From: a virus
Virus record (IMG/VR): IMGVR_UViG_3300014208_000031
Coordinates: 64,001-128,000 of that record
Length of the DNA stretch: 64,000 nt
Reading direction: 5' to 3' (one strand)
The translations under genes were made by a program, and so were the position numbers. Below are positions 10,538-20,672 of the stretch, in pieces. Below the pieces are notes generated by a model that worked only from the letters and a program-made list of their open reading frames with translations, was not told the origin of the DNA and ran no database searches. Position 1 is the first letter of the stretch; every line of letters starts with the position of its first letter.

Positions 10538-10673
10538 AATTCAATAATTCAATTGCTTTTCTAATTAACTCTGAAATTGTATAGCCCGTTTTCTCACTTA
10601 ATTTCTTTAATTTTTCTTTTTGATGTTCAAATATTTGATAATCCGCGCGGATAAGTTTAGGTTTTTGATTCAT
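10524..10673 (-). CDS. Small ribbon-helix-helix (CopG/Arc-like) DNA-binding protein, not in the ORF track
   Basis: Hand translation: MNQKPKLIRADYQIFEHQKEKLKKLSEKTGYTISELIRKAIELLNYGPE (49 aa). The L..LS..TG.TISELIR.AI pattern is typical of RHH proteins. Overlaps the HNH start. Confidence 0.75.
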   Translation of the reverse strand: MNQKPKLIRADYQIFEHQKEKLKKLSEKTGYTISELIRKAIELLNYGPE

Positions 10674-10797
10674 ACGTTTATTTCTTAGTTAATTTAATTG
10701 TTATCTATTACTATATACTTTACACTAAAAAATAAAGAAAAATGTAAATTTTATTTTAAAAAGTGTAAAATTATAATAAACACAGGAATAAGAACAA

Positions 10798-12858
10798 ATG
10801 ATTGAAATTTATTATGGAGGGAGTGGAATATTGGCGTATCCGACTGGATACCCCAAACCTTTATTTAGTGAAACTGAAAACGCTGTAAGGTACGGGGGAA
10901 AGTGGTGTACTACGACCACAATTACTCTAAACGGCCAATTGTCCGGTTGTACATACGATGCAATCCAAACTGCTAAATCCAGACTAGAGAATATTTATAG
11001 CAAAGATTTTCAAAGCTTATTAATAATTCAAGACGGGCGGACTTATTATGATAGTTATTATAATATCATTAGAGAAATTGATTTTCAACAATCTAGATAT
11101 ATTGGATTGCTTGATTATAGTGTTAGTTTAGAGAGTTATCCGCGCGAACTTTTTAGTGGCTATTTCGGCGTAATAGAGCCGGTTAATGAATGGAATTTTT
11201 CTGAAGATAACAATCAGTTATTAATTGTTAACCATAGAGTATCAGCTAAGGGAATTCAGACATCTAATAGCTATAGTAACTCTTTTGATAATGCAAAAAA
11301 TTATGTATTATCGTTAACGGGTTCTAGCAGTTTTATTTCCCCATATTTTACAAATCACTGCACCGGAGTTTCTCTATGTTTGGATACTTTTAGCGAAAAC
11401 ATAGATAGATTTAATTGCACGTTCGGAATCGAAGAAAAATATTATTTAGACCCATTAGCAGAAGGATCAATTTCTCCAATAATTGAATCTATATCTGGCG
11501 AATATGCATCTGTAAGTATAAGTATTTCACCAGTAGTTGATGGAGATACGTTTCTTGCTTCTTATACGGATAATGGAATAACTACCACAATAAATATAGA
11601 ATTTGATAATAATTCTAGTTTGAATAATCCATCATATACATTACTAGATATTGGTATTGGAGGCGATCCGCTTGATTATGGAGAGAGTCTAGCTAACACT
11701 ATAAACCTAATTCTAACTAATGCTGTTTGTAGTTTTAATTCTTCTAATAGCTTACTAACTCTTATTTCAAATAACCAAAGTAGTTTAATTTCCGTTAATT
11801 TAAATGGAACTAGTGACACTGGAGTAACTGAAGTAATAGGAACTCCAGCTAGTATTGTTTATAATAATAGGCATGGATATATAAGATATACCACAGATTA
11901 TAGTTGTGATGCATTGCGAGGCGCGGCGACTTTATCAATCAATGGTGAAGTTAAATCTTGTAAAAATGTTGATTTAGATACTTTACGGTCTAAGTATCAG
12001 TCTTTTGATGTTTATTCGGCGGCTGTCCGCGCGTATTATGAATCGTGTGGTCGATTAGATTTAAATAGAAATTTTTTATTCAGCGGGATTACCGAGGATC
12101 AATTTAGCAAAAAAATCAATTTTAATGTTAGTTTTGATAATGATTTTAACCCGCGCACATTTTTAGAGTATGAAACTTCAATAAAATTGGACGACCAAGA
12201 TATAACCACGGTTGGCGTAAAAGGAACGATTAAGTCTCGCGGGGACTTAAAAAATAAATATTCTTTAGTAGAAAATTACTACAACACTCAACTTAATTTA
12301 TATTATTTAGCTTATCAAAGCTATAATGAATTTTATAATAACGCGCCGGTCTACCCACTGAGAAATCAGCAGTTAAACTATTCAATAAGTAAAAATCAAT
12401 TTGTTGGAGAAATCAGTGTTTCAACAGAGTACGATAATAAAGATTTAATACCGCCAGAATTTCAAAGTTTAGATTATAATATTTCTGTTACCCCCGCTAT
12501 TCGTCAAATTAGAGCATTGCCACTTGTTAAGTTGGATTCGCCTAGCTTATGTTCTGGGAACTGGTATTGTAGCGATCTAGGATTTAATAATAGGGCTCAA
12601 ATACAAATCGCGGGCCGTGCGGTTGGAACATGCACTGGCAACGCAACGACCACTCTAACTGGAATTCGTAATTTAGGAAATTACTGGTTAACTAATTTAT
12701 ATAATAATGATAGAACATTTCTAGATAAAAATTCTATAGTCCAAACTAACGAAGGAAAAGGGAATTCATTTTCGTTTAATTTCGGATGGTCATTTGACGC
12801 AACGCAGTCTGCAAATACCAGTCCTTGGAATTGGATTGAAACATTAAGTCTAAAATAG
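10798..12858 (+). CDS. Putative tail/baseplate structural protein with an internal insertion
   Basis: In the tail module, preceded by AGTGTAAA and AGGAATAAG. Resembles 8015..9661. Confidence 0.6.
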   Translation: MIEIYYGGSGILAYPTGYPKPLFSETENAVRYGGKWCTTTTITLNGQLSGCTYDAIQTAKSRLENIYSKDFQSLLIIQDGRTYYDSYYNIIREIDFQQSRYIGLLDYSVSLESYPRELFSGYFGVIEPVNEWNFSEDNNQLLIVNHRVSAKGIQTSNSYSNSFDNAKNYVLSLTGSSSFISPYFTNHCTGVSLCLDTFSENIDRFNCTFGIEEKYYLDPLAEGSISPIIESISGEYASVSISISPVVDGDTFLASYTDNGITTTINIEFDNNSSLNNPSYTLLDIGIGGDPLDYGESLANTINLILTNAVCSFNSSNSLLTLISNNQSSLISVNLNGTSDTGVTEVIGTPASIVYNNRHGYIRYTTDYSCDALRGAATLSINGEVKSCKNVDLDTLRSKYQSFDVYSAAVRAYYESCGRLDLNRNFLFSGITEDQFSKKINFNVSFDNDFNPRTFLEYETSIKLDDQDITTVGVKGTIKSRGDLKNKYSLVENYYNTQLNLYYLAYQSYNEFYNNAPVYPLRNQQLNYSISKNQFVGEISVSTEYDNKDLIPPEFQSLDYNISVTPAIRQIRALPLVKLDSPSLCSGNWYCSDLGFNNRAQIQIAGRAVGTCTGNATTTLTGIRNLGNYWLTNLYNNDRTFLDKNSIVQTNEGKGNSFSFNFGWSFDATQSANTSPWNWIETLSLK

Positions 12859-12895
12859 TGTAAAGATAATCCAGGAATAAGAAAATTTTAATTGA

Positions 12896-14638
12896 ATGAA
12901 CCCCACAGGAGTCCAATATTTTACACATAGCGATAAAACGAATACGAGCGGCCAGCTACAAGTATTTTATGCATTTACGGGCGGTTCTGGAACTCATATT
13001 ATCCCCAGTTTACCTTTTGGTAAGTCCGCGTATTCAGGATTTATAGATAATACTGGATCGTTTTATGATGTTTCTGGAAGCGGATTTTTCGGAGGTCAAA
13101 CTAGTATTCGAGTAAATAATGCTTCCGGGCTTTCTAGTCAAACTTGGAGTATGATTATTGATTATAAAATTTCAGGCGGACAGAATAACGTGCTTTTCTC
13201 CAACTATTCGTCTGGAACTATAAATAGCGGATGGATAATAGGTGTTAACGATGCGAATTCAGTATACCTGGAATATTATTCTAATCAAGGTCCGCAAATT
13301 TTAATATCTAACACTACATACGGAACACAAAATACAATAGTTATTACTAAGAATAATTCCGCAATAAATTTAGATTATTTAGATTATAATACAAAATCTT
13401 TAATTTCAGAAAATTTTTCAATTGATCCTGTATATTTTTTACCTAGTGACAATTGGTATATTGGAGCGAGCACGGGAACCCCCGGATATTATTCTGGACA
13501 AAAATATAAGGGGTTTATGGATTACTGGCTTTATTTTGCACCAGCACTTTTACCAAGTCAAAAATTAGGTGTTTTATCAGGATTATATTGTGATATAACT
13601 AATCCAATTCAAACAATTAGTTCTTATACTACTAGTTTGGTTACGGGGCAAACTACTGGATTAGTGAGTATATTTACTGGAACTACTGGGGAAGCAAACG
13701 AATTCTACAATTATATTACGGGTGCATGTAATTCAATTCATGCTGTATACTCGGGTATTAATTTAACCGGTTTCGTGTATGATATTGGAACGGTTCCTCT
13801 AACTCAAACAATTACTACATACATAACTGGAATTACAGGCGGCGGACCGATTGAGAATAGCGGATATTCTATTAGTCATGGATTTAATGCGGTTAGCTAT
13901 CTAAAAGAAATAAATGCGACGGACATCTCAGAGCTATATTATTTTCCTCGATCTACTAATAAAATAAATATCAATAACGAATTATCTTTCGACTTTACAT
14001 TAAATAAATTTATTTTACCATCTCAATATAATATTAATCAAATTAATTTTTATATTAATTCAGTGGGACAATTTGGCAGTGGTTATAACGTAACTGGAGA
14101 TTTTTATAATTTAACGATAGATAAAAGCGGTATGTATTTTGTTTCTGGAAATTATTTATCTGGAGATTATCAAGGTAATGATACTAATATTATTGATATA
14201 ATCAGCGGAAATAGAGTTTTTAACACGGGATTTTGGGTATTAAACAATAACACTGGTATATCTGGGATGGGATTACCAAACTCGTTAGTATTTTTGGGTG
14301 GACAAAAACTTAAAAGTGGACTAGACTATAGAATATCTGGAACGGATTTAATTTTAAATAATTCTTATTGGTATGATACTATAGATAGTGGAAGATATTG
14401 GAGTGCGCCGATTGATACTGAAAGTAGTTTTACTTCTGGAGTTTGGAATAACTTAGATTTAAATTCTGGTTATTTTGCCCGTGGAACCACACAGTTATGG
14501 ATGAATGGCGTGAGAGAGAACTTAAACGATGATTATATTGAAATTAGTCATTTATCTTTACTCAATAACTCTGGACACTATTTAGATAATTTAAATAATA
14601 TTTTTATTAGTGATTTAGGATTTTTAGAAAGTATATAA
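12896..14638 (+). CDS. Virion protein with an N-terminal LamG/concanavalin A-like domain
   Basis: WSMIIDY...VLFSNY...GWIIGVND...WYIG...YKGFMDYW...L is a LamG-like pattern. SG/TG-rich. Confidence 0.6.
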   Translation: MNPTGVQYFTHSDKTNTSGQLQVFYAFTGGSGTHIIPSLPFGKSAYSGFIDNTGSFYDVSGSGFFGGQTSIRVNNASGLSSQTWSMIIDYKISGGQNNVLFSNYSSGTINSGWIIGVNDANSVYLEYYSNQGPQILISNTTYGTQNTIVITKNNSAINLDYLDYNTKSLISENFSIDPVYFLPSDNWYIGASTGTPGYYSGQKYKGFMDYWLYFAPALLPSQKLGVLSGLYCDITNPIQTISSYTTSLVTGQTTGLVSIFTGTTGEANEFYNYITGACNSIHAVYSGINLTGFVYDIGTVPLTQTITTYITGITGGGPIENSGYSISHGFNAVSYLKEINATDISELYYFPRSTNKININNELSFDFTLNKFILPSQYNINQINFYINSVGQFGSGYNVTGDFYNLTIDKSGMYFVSGNYLSGDYQGNDTNIIDIISGNRVFNTGFWVLNNNTGISGMGLPNSLVFLGGQKLKSGLDYRISGTDLILNNSYWYDTIDSGRYWSAPIDTESSFTSGVWNNLDLNSGYFARGTTQLWMNGVRENLNDDYIEISHLSLLNNSGHYLDNLNNIFISDLGFLESI

Positions 14639-14649
14639 ATTAATTTAAT

Positions 14650-17364
14650 ATGGCTATACATTCCGTCCCACAAATTCAGATCAACGGTTCAAACAAAATT
14701 TTTAACTCTTATCCTTATAGTCTTAGGTATCAAATCAGTTATGGTGAATCTCCATCTACATTACAAATTTCAATGGTTTCGGAGGACGGAAAATATGATA
14801 TTAATGCAGGTACTTTGGTTAATACTTACTGCACCCCATATAATATATCCATAGTAGGTAGTCAAATATCCTTGGACATGTATCTAGAAGATATAAACCT
14901 AAGAGTGTCCCCGGCGGGCAATATATTAGATTTAAGTTTTGTGGATACAAGCGTGATTTTAGATACTATTCATGTGGGATTATATAAACGGCATGGCTTA
15001 ACTTCTACAAATAATCTAATTATAGTAGGTAAGGAGATTAGCCCATGTTCAGATGATCCTTATGGTAATCCTTCTCCTTCTACATTTTTTGATCCATGTC
15101 ATCCATGTTTAACGTCTGAACAGCAGAATACGACAGCTAATCTTATTGACTGTATAGAAAAAGCTAAATATGAGATTCTAGATGTTAAATATAATTTTTC
15201 CGATTTGTTATCGAGTGTGAGAAATAAGATTTCACTTATAAACGCTATTGACCCTAATCCTAAATATTTATCACAGTATACAGGTTCTTTACGAGATGTA
15301 TTAAATTCATGGTGTAGAGATTTTGGATGGTTCTTTTATTGGAATAACGGCTCGGTAGTTTTTAAGGATTTAAGAAATACTATTAATGTAAATTCTGATA
15401 TAGAAAATTTCTGTCCTAATGTTTTAGAATATAATGTTAGTTATTCTATGAAAGAGTCCGTGAAAACTGCGACTATTACTAATTTTAGTAGACCTGGCGA
15501 TCCTGCTAAATTATATACTTGTCAAGAAGCTAGATATTTAGTGGCTAGTTCGCTAACTAGTAGTAACGCTTTTTCTATGCCACTAACTATTAGTCCAGAA
15601 ATAGATAGAGTGGCCGCCGGGCTCTCTTATTATAACGAAGATTTAAGAGATTTATATTACTTTTATACAAAATATCAGATGTATAATGAAGGAAACTTCC
15701 GAATTGGGAAAAGATTGGAAAAGTTAGGCTTAACTATTCTATCTAATGTTATTAAAATGGATTCCGGCGGCTCGAATGCTAAACCACTTGATGATGCTAA
15801 TACTCCTAGCGGAGCAACGGAAGCTTCAGATAGTAAAGTCTCTATTGATCCATTTGCGTCAGAAAATGCAGATTTATTAGAAATGAGTTCATTAACTACT
15901 AAGGCTGAATCTATACGAAATAATTCAGATTTTTATGAATGTGTAAGGATGTTAGATTTTGAAACTCAATGGAAAATTATAGAAAATCCTGGTAATTATT
16001 TCTTTTTTTTCGGAGAGCAAAATGAAAGTTTAAATAAATATTATCTAGATGAAGAAAGAGAATTCGCCGGATTTCTACATAAATATGCTGTTTATGTTCC
16101 AGATTCAAATGATACATTTTTTGAAGAGTATGATTTTCAGCTAACTAATTTATGTGGAGTAAATTACTTTGTAAATACCGGAAATGTTTCCTACAACTTT
16201 TTAGGGGATAATATGGGTAATATAACGTTTTATAATACTTCATCGAAAGGCAATTCTGCCGGAGACGGAACCCAGATTGGTGAATTACCCTTTTCAAAAT
16301 TTCTTTCAGTTATAAGAGATTCTAAAAATAGACAGGGTAGTTCTTCCAGTTATCTCATTCCTTTTAAGCTAATAGTAGCAGAAAGGGGAAGAAATACTTT
16401 CGTTCCAGACGGAGCCACACAATCAACTGGCGGATTTTCATCAATACGAGATTATTATTTATTGGATAAGGTAAAAAAATATTTACCATATAAAATTGCT
16501 AATAAAAATAATATACGTGGAGAATATTTATCTAGAAAGCTAGGCGCAGGTGCCAGTTCGGTTAGTAGCGATGTCTCTTTATTTATTGGGCGAGTTACTT
16601 CGGCGGACGATTTTAGATTGACTGAAATTAACGGATTTAATAATTTAGCTAGTCCGGGAACATTATTTGATGGCAAACCTATAAACCAAGAACAAGACCC
16701 ATCAAATCAAACGACAAAAATAGTTTATCAATACCCAGATTTAAAATGTAAAATAGTAGGTAATAATAGCTTCGGAAGTACCTCTGCTTTACATGCAAAA
16801 AAAATAGTCTTTAGGACTCCACTAACTTCTTTTGAGTATACTGAACCCACGGATTCGTTATTCGGAATTATTATAGAAAAAACTACCAAGAAAAAAAGAA
16901 TTATTAAAAAAGTAGAATCATTTAATTCAACTAATTTATCATCAGGAGCTACTTCTTGTAATTTTGCTAAATTAATAGTAAATAATACAAACATTTCGGA
17001 CGATACATTGCGAGTTTTAAAGAAAAGTAATAGTGTGTGCCAGTTTGATACTAAAACTATTCAAAAAATACATGATGATTTTTCTAACAATTTAGCATTA
17101 AATTATACACAACCAACAATTACTAAATCATTCAAGGTCGCCGGGATTGAATTAAATGGATATTACCCTAGTATAGATAACGGTCTAATTAGTTTACAAA
17201 TTGGACTAGATTCTTCTAATGGAGTTTATGCTGAATATGAATTTGGGACTAGACTAATGAGACTGCCTAATAGTAGTGTTTTAGATTATAATAGTATTAA
17301 TATGTCCTTAACTCACGGAAGTTATACAAATACTGTTAATAACTATCCACTAGTTATGAAATAA
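14650..17364 (+). CDS. Putative baseplate hub / tail-tip protein
   Basis: 904 aa in the tail module. Contains a YTGSLRDVLNSWCRDFGWFFYW hub-like segment. Confidence 0.5.
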   Translation: MAIHSVPQIQINGSNKIFNSYPYSLRYQISYGESPSTLQISMVSEDGKYDINAGTLVNTYCTPYNISIVGSQISLDMYLEDINLRVSPAGNILDLSFVDTSVILDTIHVGLYKRHGLTSTNNLIIVGKEISPCSDDPYGNPSPSTFFDPCHPCLTSEQQNTTANLIDCIEKAKYEILDVKYNFSDLLSSVRNKISLINAIDPNPKYLSQYTGSLRDVLNSWCRDFGWFFYWNNGSVVFKDLRNTINVNSDIENFCPNVLEYNVSYSMKESVKTATITNFSRPGDPAKLYTCQEARYLVASSLTSSNAFSMPLTISPEIDRVAAGLSYYNEDLRDLYYFYTKYQMYNEGNFRIGKRLEKLGLTILSNVIKMDSGGSNAKPLDDANTPSGATEASDSKVSIDPFASENADLLEMSSLTTKAESIRNNSDFYECVRMLDFETQWKIIENPGNYFFFFGEQNESLNKYYLDEEREFAGFLHKYAVYVPDSNDTFFEEYDFQLTNLCGVNYFVNTGNVSYNFLGDNMGNITFYNTSSKGNSAGDGTQIGELPFSKFLSVIRDSKNRQGSSSSYLIPFKLIVAERGRNTFVPDGATQSTGGFSSIRDYYLLDKVKKYLPYKIANKNNIRGEYLSRKLGAGASSVSSDVSLFIGRVTSADDFRLTEINGFNNLASPGTLFDGKPINQEQDPSNQTTKIVYQYPDLKCKIVGNNSFGSTSALHAKKIVFRTPLTSFEYTEPTDSLFGIIIEKTTKKKRIIKKVESFNSTNLSSGATSCNFAKLIVNNTNISDDTLRVLKKSNSVCQFDTKTIQKIHDDFSNNLALNYTQPTITKSFKVAGIELNGYYPSIDNGLISLQIGLDSSNGVYAEYEFGTRLMRLPNSSVLDYNSINMSLTHGSYTNTVNNYPLVMK

Positions 17365-17379
17365 ATATAGGTATTAAGT

Positions 17380-19275
17380 ATGCTTACAACCTCTGGAATT
17401 AAATTTTCTTTTTTTAATCAAACTGGTAATTTTCAGTTTGAAACTAATTTAAATTTAGACAGTTTATTGAGTTATGCTAATATAGGCATTTCGGGAGTAT
17501 CACAGTCTGGATTAAATGGAGCTACAACTCTGAATTTTTCATATGTAAGCGGTAAAATACTAGATAGTAGTGGAAGATTTGTAGCCAGTTATAAAAATGG
17601 AGATAATACTAAAATAGCCGGTAATGTTATAAATAATAAATATGATATTTTTATCAATGATATTCCAATCTCTTTTGGAAACTATAGAGCTACGGGAACA
17701 TATAATTATTTTTATATTAATCCTACTAATATATCTATTGATTATAGCTTATCAATTAATGGGACAAAGCCATCGATTTCTCTAATAGATATTAATTGTT
17801 TTAGTGGGGACAGGGAGGGGACCGGATATTTAGTAAATAACAATTTACCTGTAATAATTTATTCCGGCGGATTTAGCAATTTTGCTAATATGCCTTTTAC
17901 TATATCTGGAATTCATACGGGAACGTTGTTTCAAACGGGAAATTACTATGTTTTGCCAACTGACGGAGCTTCAGTAGGAAATTATACTGGTAATTTACAG
18001 TTATTAACTAACGGTGGATTATTAGAATATACTACGGTTATTAACATAACTGGAACACCTATTGTAGAATCTTATTCGTTTAATTTAAATGGAGATAATA
18101 CTATTTATGATGGAATGACTAATTTGTATATGTCAAATGTACAATCAGTCATATCTCCCGTACCGATGTTGGCATCTTTAGAGTATCTTAATGGGAGCGG
18201 AACTTTTTATACAGGTATAGATGTATTGACCGGCTGGGCGGGAAACATAACGGGCGCAGTTACAGGAAGCGGATTAATTATTCAGTGTAAGAGTGAAATT
18301 GGAACGGGGATTGGTGGACAATTAAATAATACGGGTAGCGGATTAGCTACCGGATATATTACGGGAATTTTTACTTATGCAACCGGTAATTTTACTTGGC
18401 CGCTGCCAGTAATTGTAACTGGATATGGAACTGGATTTAATTATTCTGGCATAGGAACTGGAACTTATAACGCTCAAATAACAGGAACTATATTAACTGG
18501 AAGCGGTCTTTATTATCTAAATAATACTTTTACAGGAGATTCAACGTCAATTTATAGTATTGGTCATACTGGATTTATTAGAGGGACAGGACAAATATTT
18601 TATAATACTCCATCGAATTTTGATAAATTATATATTTATAATACTAATTTTGCAATAGTCAATAATTTTCATTATACCTCACTATCGACTTTAACCTCCT
18701 ATTTAAATTCTAATACTGGCACTCACTATGTAACAGCTATAGATGATACTGTTAATACGGTTACTTTAAGTGGACTATATAGCCCTAGTCTGAACTCAAC
18801 TAATATTAATATATCTTTAGATGATACGAATTTGGGGGATATGAGTTTATCCGGTCCTAATTTAAGCGGTGGACAACTTATAGGGGTAGGAAGAGACTTA
18901 ATTACAACGGGGCAAATTACCGGATTCATTAATCATACTTTTACTGGAAGCGGCAATTATGTATGCACTGGCGCAGGGTATTTATTTGGAACAGGCGTAA
19001 TTATAGATCATATAAAAACTTTTACTGGAACGTGGAATTTATTAACTGGTGATGTTTTTGCGCCACTAGATTATAGACATAATAGCTATTATAACGCCGA
19101 AAAAGATAAATATTCTAATAATTACCCAGAGTATTTCATGAATTCTACTATGATTACTCAATTACAATATATAAATAGTGTGGATACATTAATAGATACA
19201 GTTAAATTAACTATTTCAGGGTTAAATACTAATAGTGGTATAAGTATATTAGTCACTGGAAATTTTATAAACTAA
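17380..19275 (+). CDS. Putative tail fibre/spike protein, TG/SG-rich
   Basis: Gly/Thr-rich beta repeats; located in the tail module. Confidence 0.5.
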   Translation: MLTTSGIKFSFFNQTGNFQFETNLNLDSLLSYANIGISGVSQSGLNGATTLNFSYVSGKILDSSGRFVASYKNGDNTKIAGNVINNKYDIFINDIPISFGNYRATGTYNYFYINPTNISIDYSLSINGTKPSISLIDINCFSGDREGTGYLVNNNLPVIIYSGGFSNFANMPFTISGIHTGTLFQTGNYYVLPTDGASVGNYTGNLQLLTNGGLLEYTTVINITGTPIVESYSFNLNGDNTIYDGMTNLYMSNVQSVISPVPMLASLEYLNGSGTFYTGIDVLTGWAGNITGAVTGSGLIIQCKSEIGTGIGGQLNNTGSGLATGYITGIFTYATGNFTWPLPVIVTGYGTGFNYSGIGTGTYNAQITGTILTGSGLYYLNNTFTGDSTSIYSIGHTGFIRGTGQIFYNTPSNFDKLYIYNTNFAIVNNFHYTSLSTLTSYLNSNTGTHYVTAIDDTVNTVTLSGLYSPSLNSTNINISLDDTNLGDMSLSGPNLSGGQLIGVGRDLITTGQITGFINHTFTGSGNYVCTGAGYLFGTGVIIDHIKTFTGTWNLLTGDVFAPLDYRHNSYYNAEKDKYSNNYPEYFMNSTMITQLQYINSVDTLIDTVKLTISGLNTNSGISILVTGNFIN

Positions 19276-19301
19276 TAATTAAAATATAATAAAAAACTAA
19301 T

Positions 19302-19847
19302 ATGTTTAGAACTTTACCAATTAGAGTTGGCGGCGACCCAATAACTACAGACCACCCATTTAAAGTTTCTACTATTAAAGTGGGAAAAATATGGAAACGA
19401 GGTGTAACCTTTAACTCTAAATTATTTAATTCATTGTCTTATATGGATACTAAAACGATAACTGGTCTACTAACTGAGAGTTCGCCTTCTTCCGATGACG
19501 CGGGATGGGCTACTACTAGAGATGGAGATTCTATTTGGTTAGAATTAGAATTTACTACTGCCGGATGGCCAACTATTAGTACTGCGAAAATTAAATCTAA
19601 AAAAGTAGATAACGATTTTGCGGCAGGAGAGGTTGAACATGATGGTGGCGTTGGGACTCCCAAGGTTTATACGCAAAAAAAAGCAAGAATAGTCTTAGCC
19701 ACTATTGCTATTACCGATGGTGCTATTACGGTAAACCAAATAGTTACATCTAATCTTAGAATGGCTTTGTCTGCTATTGGCGGTAAAGCAAGTGAATCTG
19801 ACACTAATCCTGTTGTTATCGCGGCTAGTTATCCATACGCCGTATAA
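19302..19847 (+). CDS. Hypothetical virion-associated protein
   Basis: Co-oriented with the tail genes, near the end of the module. Confidence 0.5.
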   Translation: MFRTLPIRVGGDPITTDHPFKVSTIKVGKIWKRGVTFNSKLFNSLSYMDTKTITGLLTESSPSSDDAGWATTRDGDSIWLELEFTTAGWPTISTAKIKSKKVDNDFAAGEVEHDGGVGTPKVYTQKKARIVLATIAITDGAITVNQIVTSNLRMALSAIGGKASESDTNPVVIAASYPYAV

Positions 19848-19858
19848 TAAATAATATT

Positions 19859-20593
19859 ATGATTATACAGTCATATAATTTATCATATAATCCAAATAAG
19901 TTTTTTAATAATCCTCCTATTCAATCTACTAATTTTGGTCTTGGAGTTGGTTGGTCATTTGTAGATTTAGATGATCCTATTGCTGCGCAGGCATTATTAG
20001 ACTTTTACGGGTATCCAACGTCGATAACAGATTTTCTTGTTTTTTTTGCGCCGCTTGAAGTCACAATTCCCGAACTAATGACCATGTTTTATCAGATTAA
20101 AAAATTTACAATAACTACATCATTGCCTGCAAAATTCTCATATGATGAGTCTGGCGAAACTACAACTAATACACGAATAGTTCCATTCTATGGAACAGAA
20201 GATTATTTTCCGAGAATTCAAAATATTTATAGATATATTGGAGGAATTGGTGGCAATCCTCTACACCACGCCGAATCACCATTTGGTTATTCAGATAATT
20301 TTATTAATAATACTATTAATTTCTTTATAAGGCCCGAAATATATATTTATAATAAAAAATATTATATACATATGAGCTATCTACAAAATAGTGTAGCTGG
20401 AAGTCCAGCAGAAGAATCATACTCAGTGCAAATATCTACAGATTCACATCACTCTTTTCCATCCCAACAAGGAGTTGGGAGCTTAACTATTTTGGGAAAA
20501 AATATTCCATTATACGCACTTTCAGTACCGGAAGGCGAATCACCACCATCTTGTAACGTAAGTATTGAACCGATAGAATATTGGGTATTATAA
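19859..20593 (+). CDS. Hypothetical protein (last gene of the tail module)
   Basis: Co-oriented ORF; converges on the minus-strand arm. Confidence 0.5.
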   Translation: MIIQSYNLSYNPNKFFNNPPIQSTNFGLGVGWSFVDLDDPIAAQALLDFYGYPTSITDFLVFFAPLEVTIPELMTMFYQIKKFTITTSLPAKFSYDESGETTTNTRIVPFYGTEDYFPRIQNIYRYIGGIGGNPLHHAESPFGYSDNFINNTINFFIRPEIYIYNKKYYIHMSYLQNSVAGSPAEESYSVQISTDSHHSFPSQQGVGSLTILGKNIPLYALSVPEGESPPSCNVSIEPIEYWVL

Positions 20594-20672
20594 TTTATCC
20601 CCAATATAAGACCATTCAGTAATATGCGATGTTACTGTAGAGCCATTAGAATAATGGACTATACAAGGCTAA

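Noticed and set aside
93-19663. Short ORFs antisense to the tail and HNH genes (93, 1510, 4446, 5121, 6248, 7713, 10026, 16455, 16728, 18726, 19439)
   Set aside because: Shadows of long genuine genes on the opposite strand, with no recognisable motifs.
20616-20660. Two short hairpins at the convergence of the plus and minus arms
   Set aside because: Weak AT-rich stems without a clear U-tract. They may be a bidirectional terminator but are not supportable as a feature.
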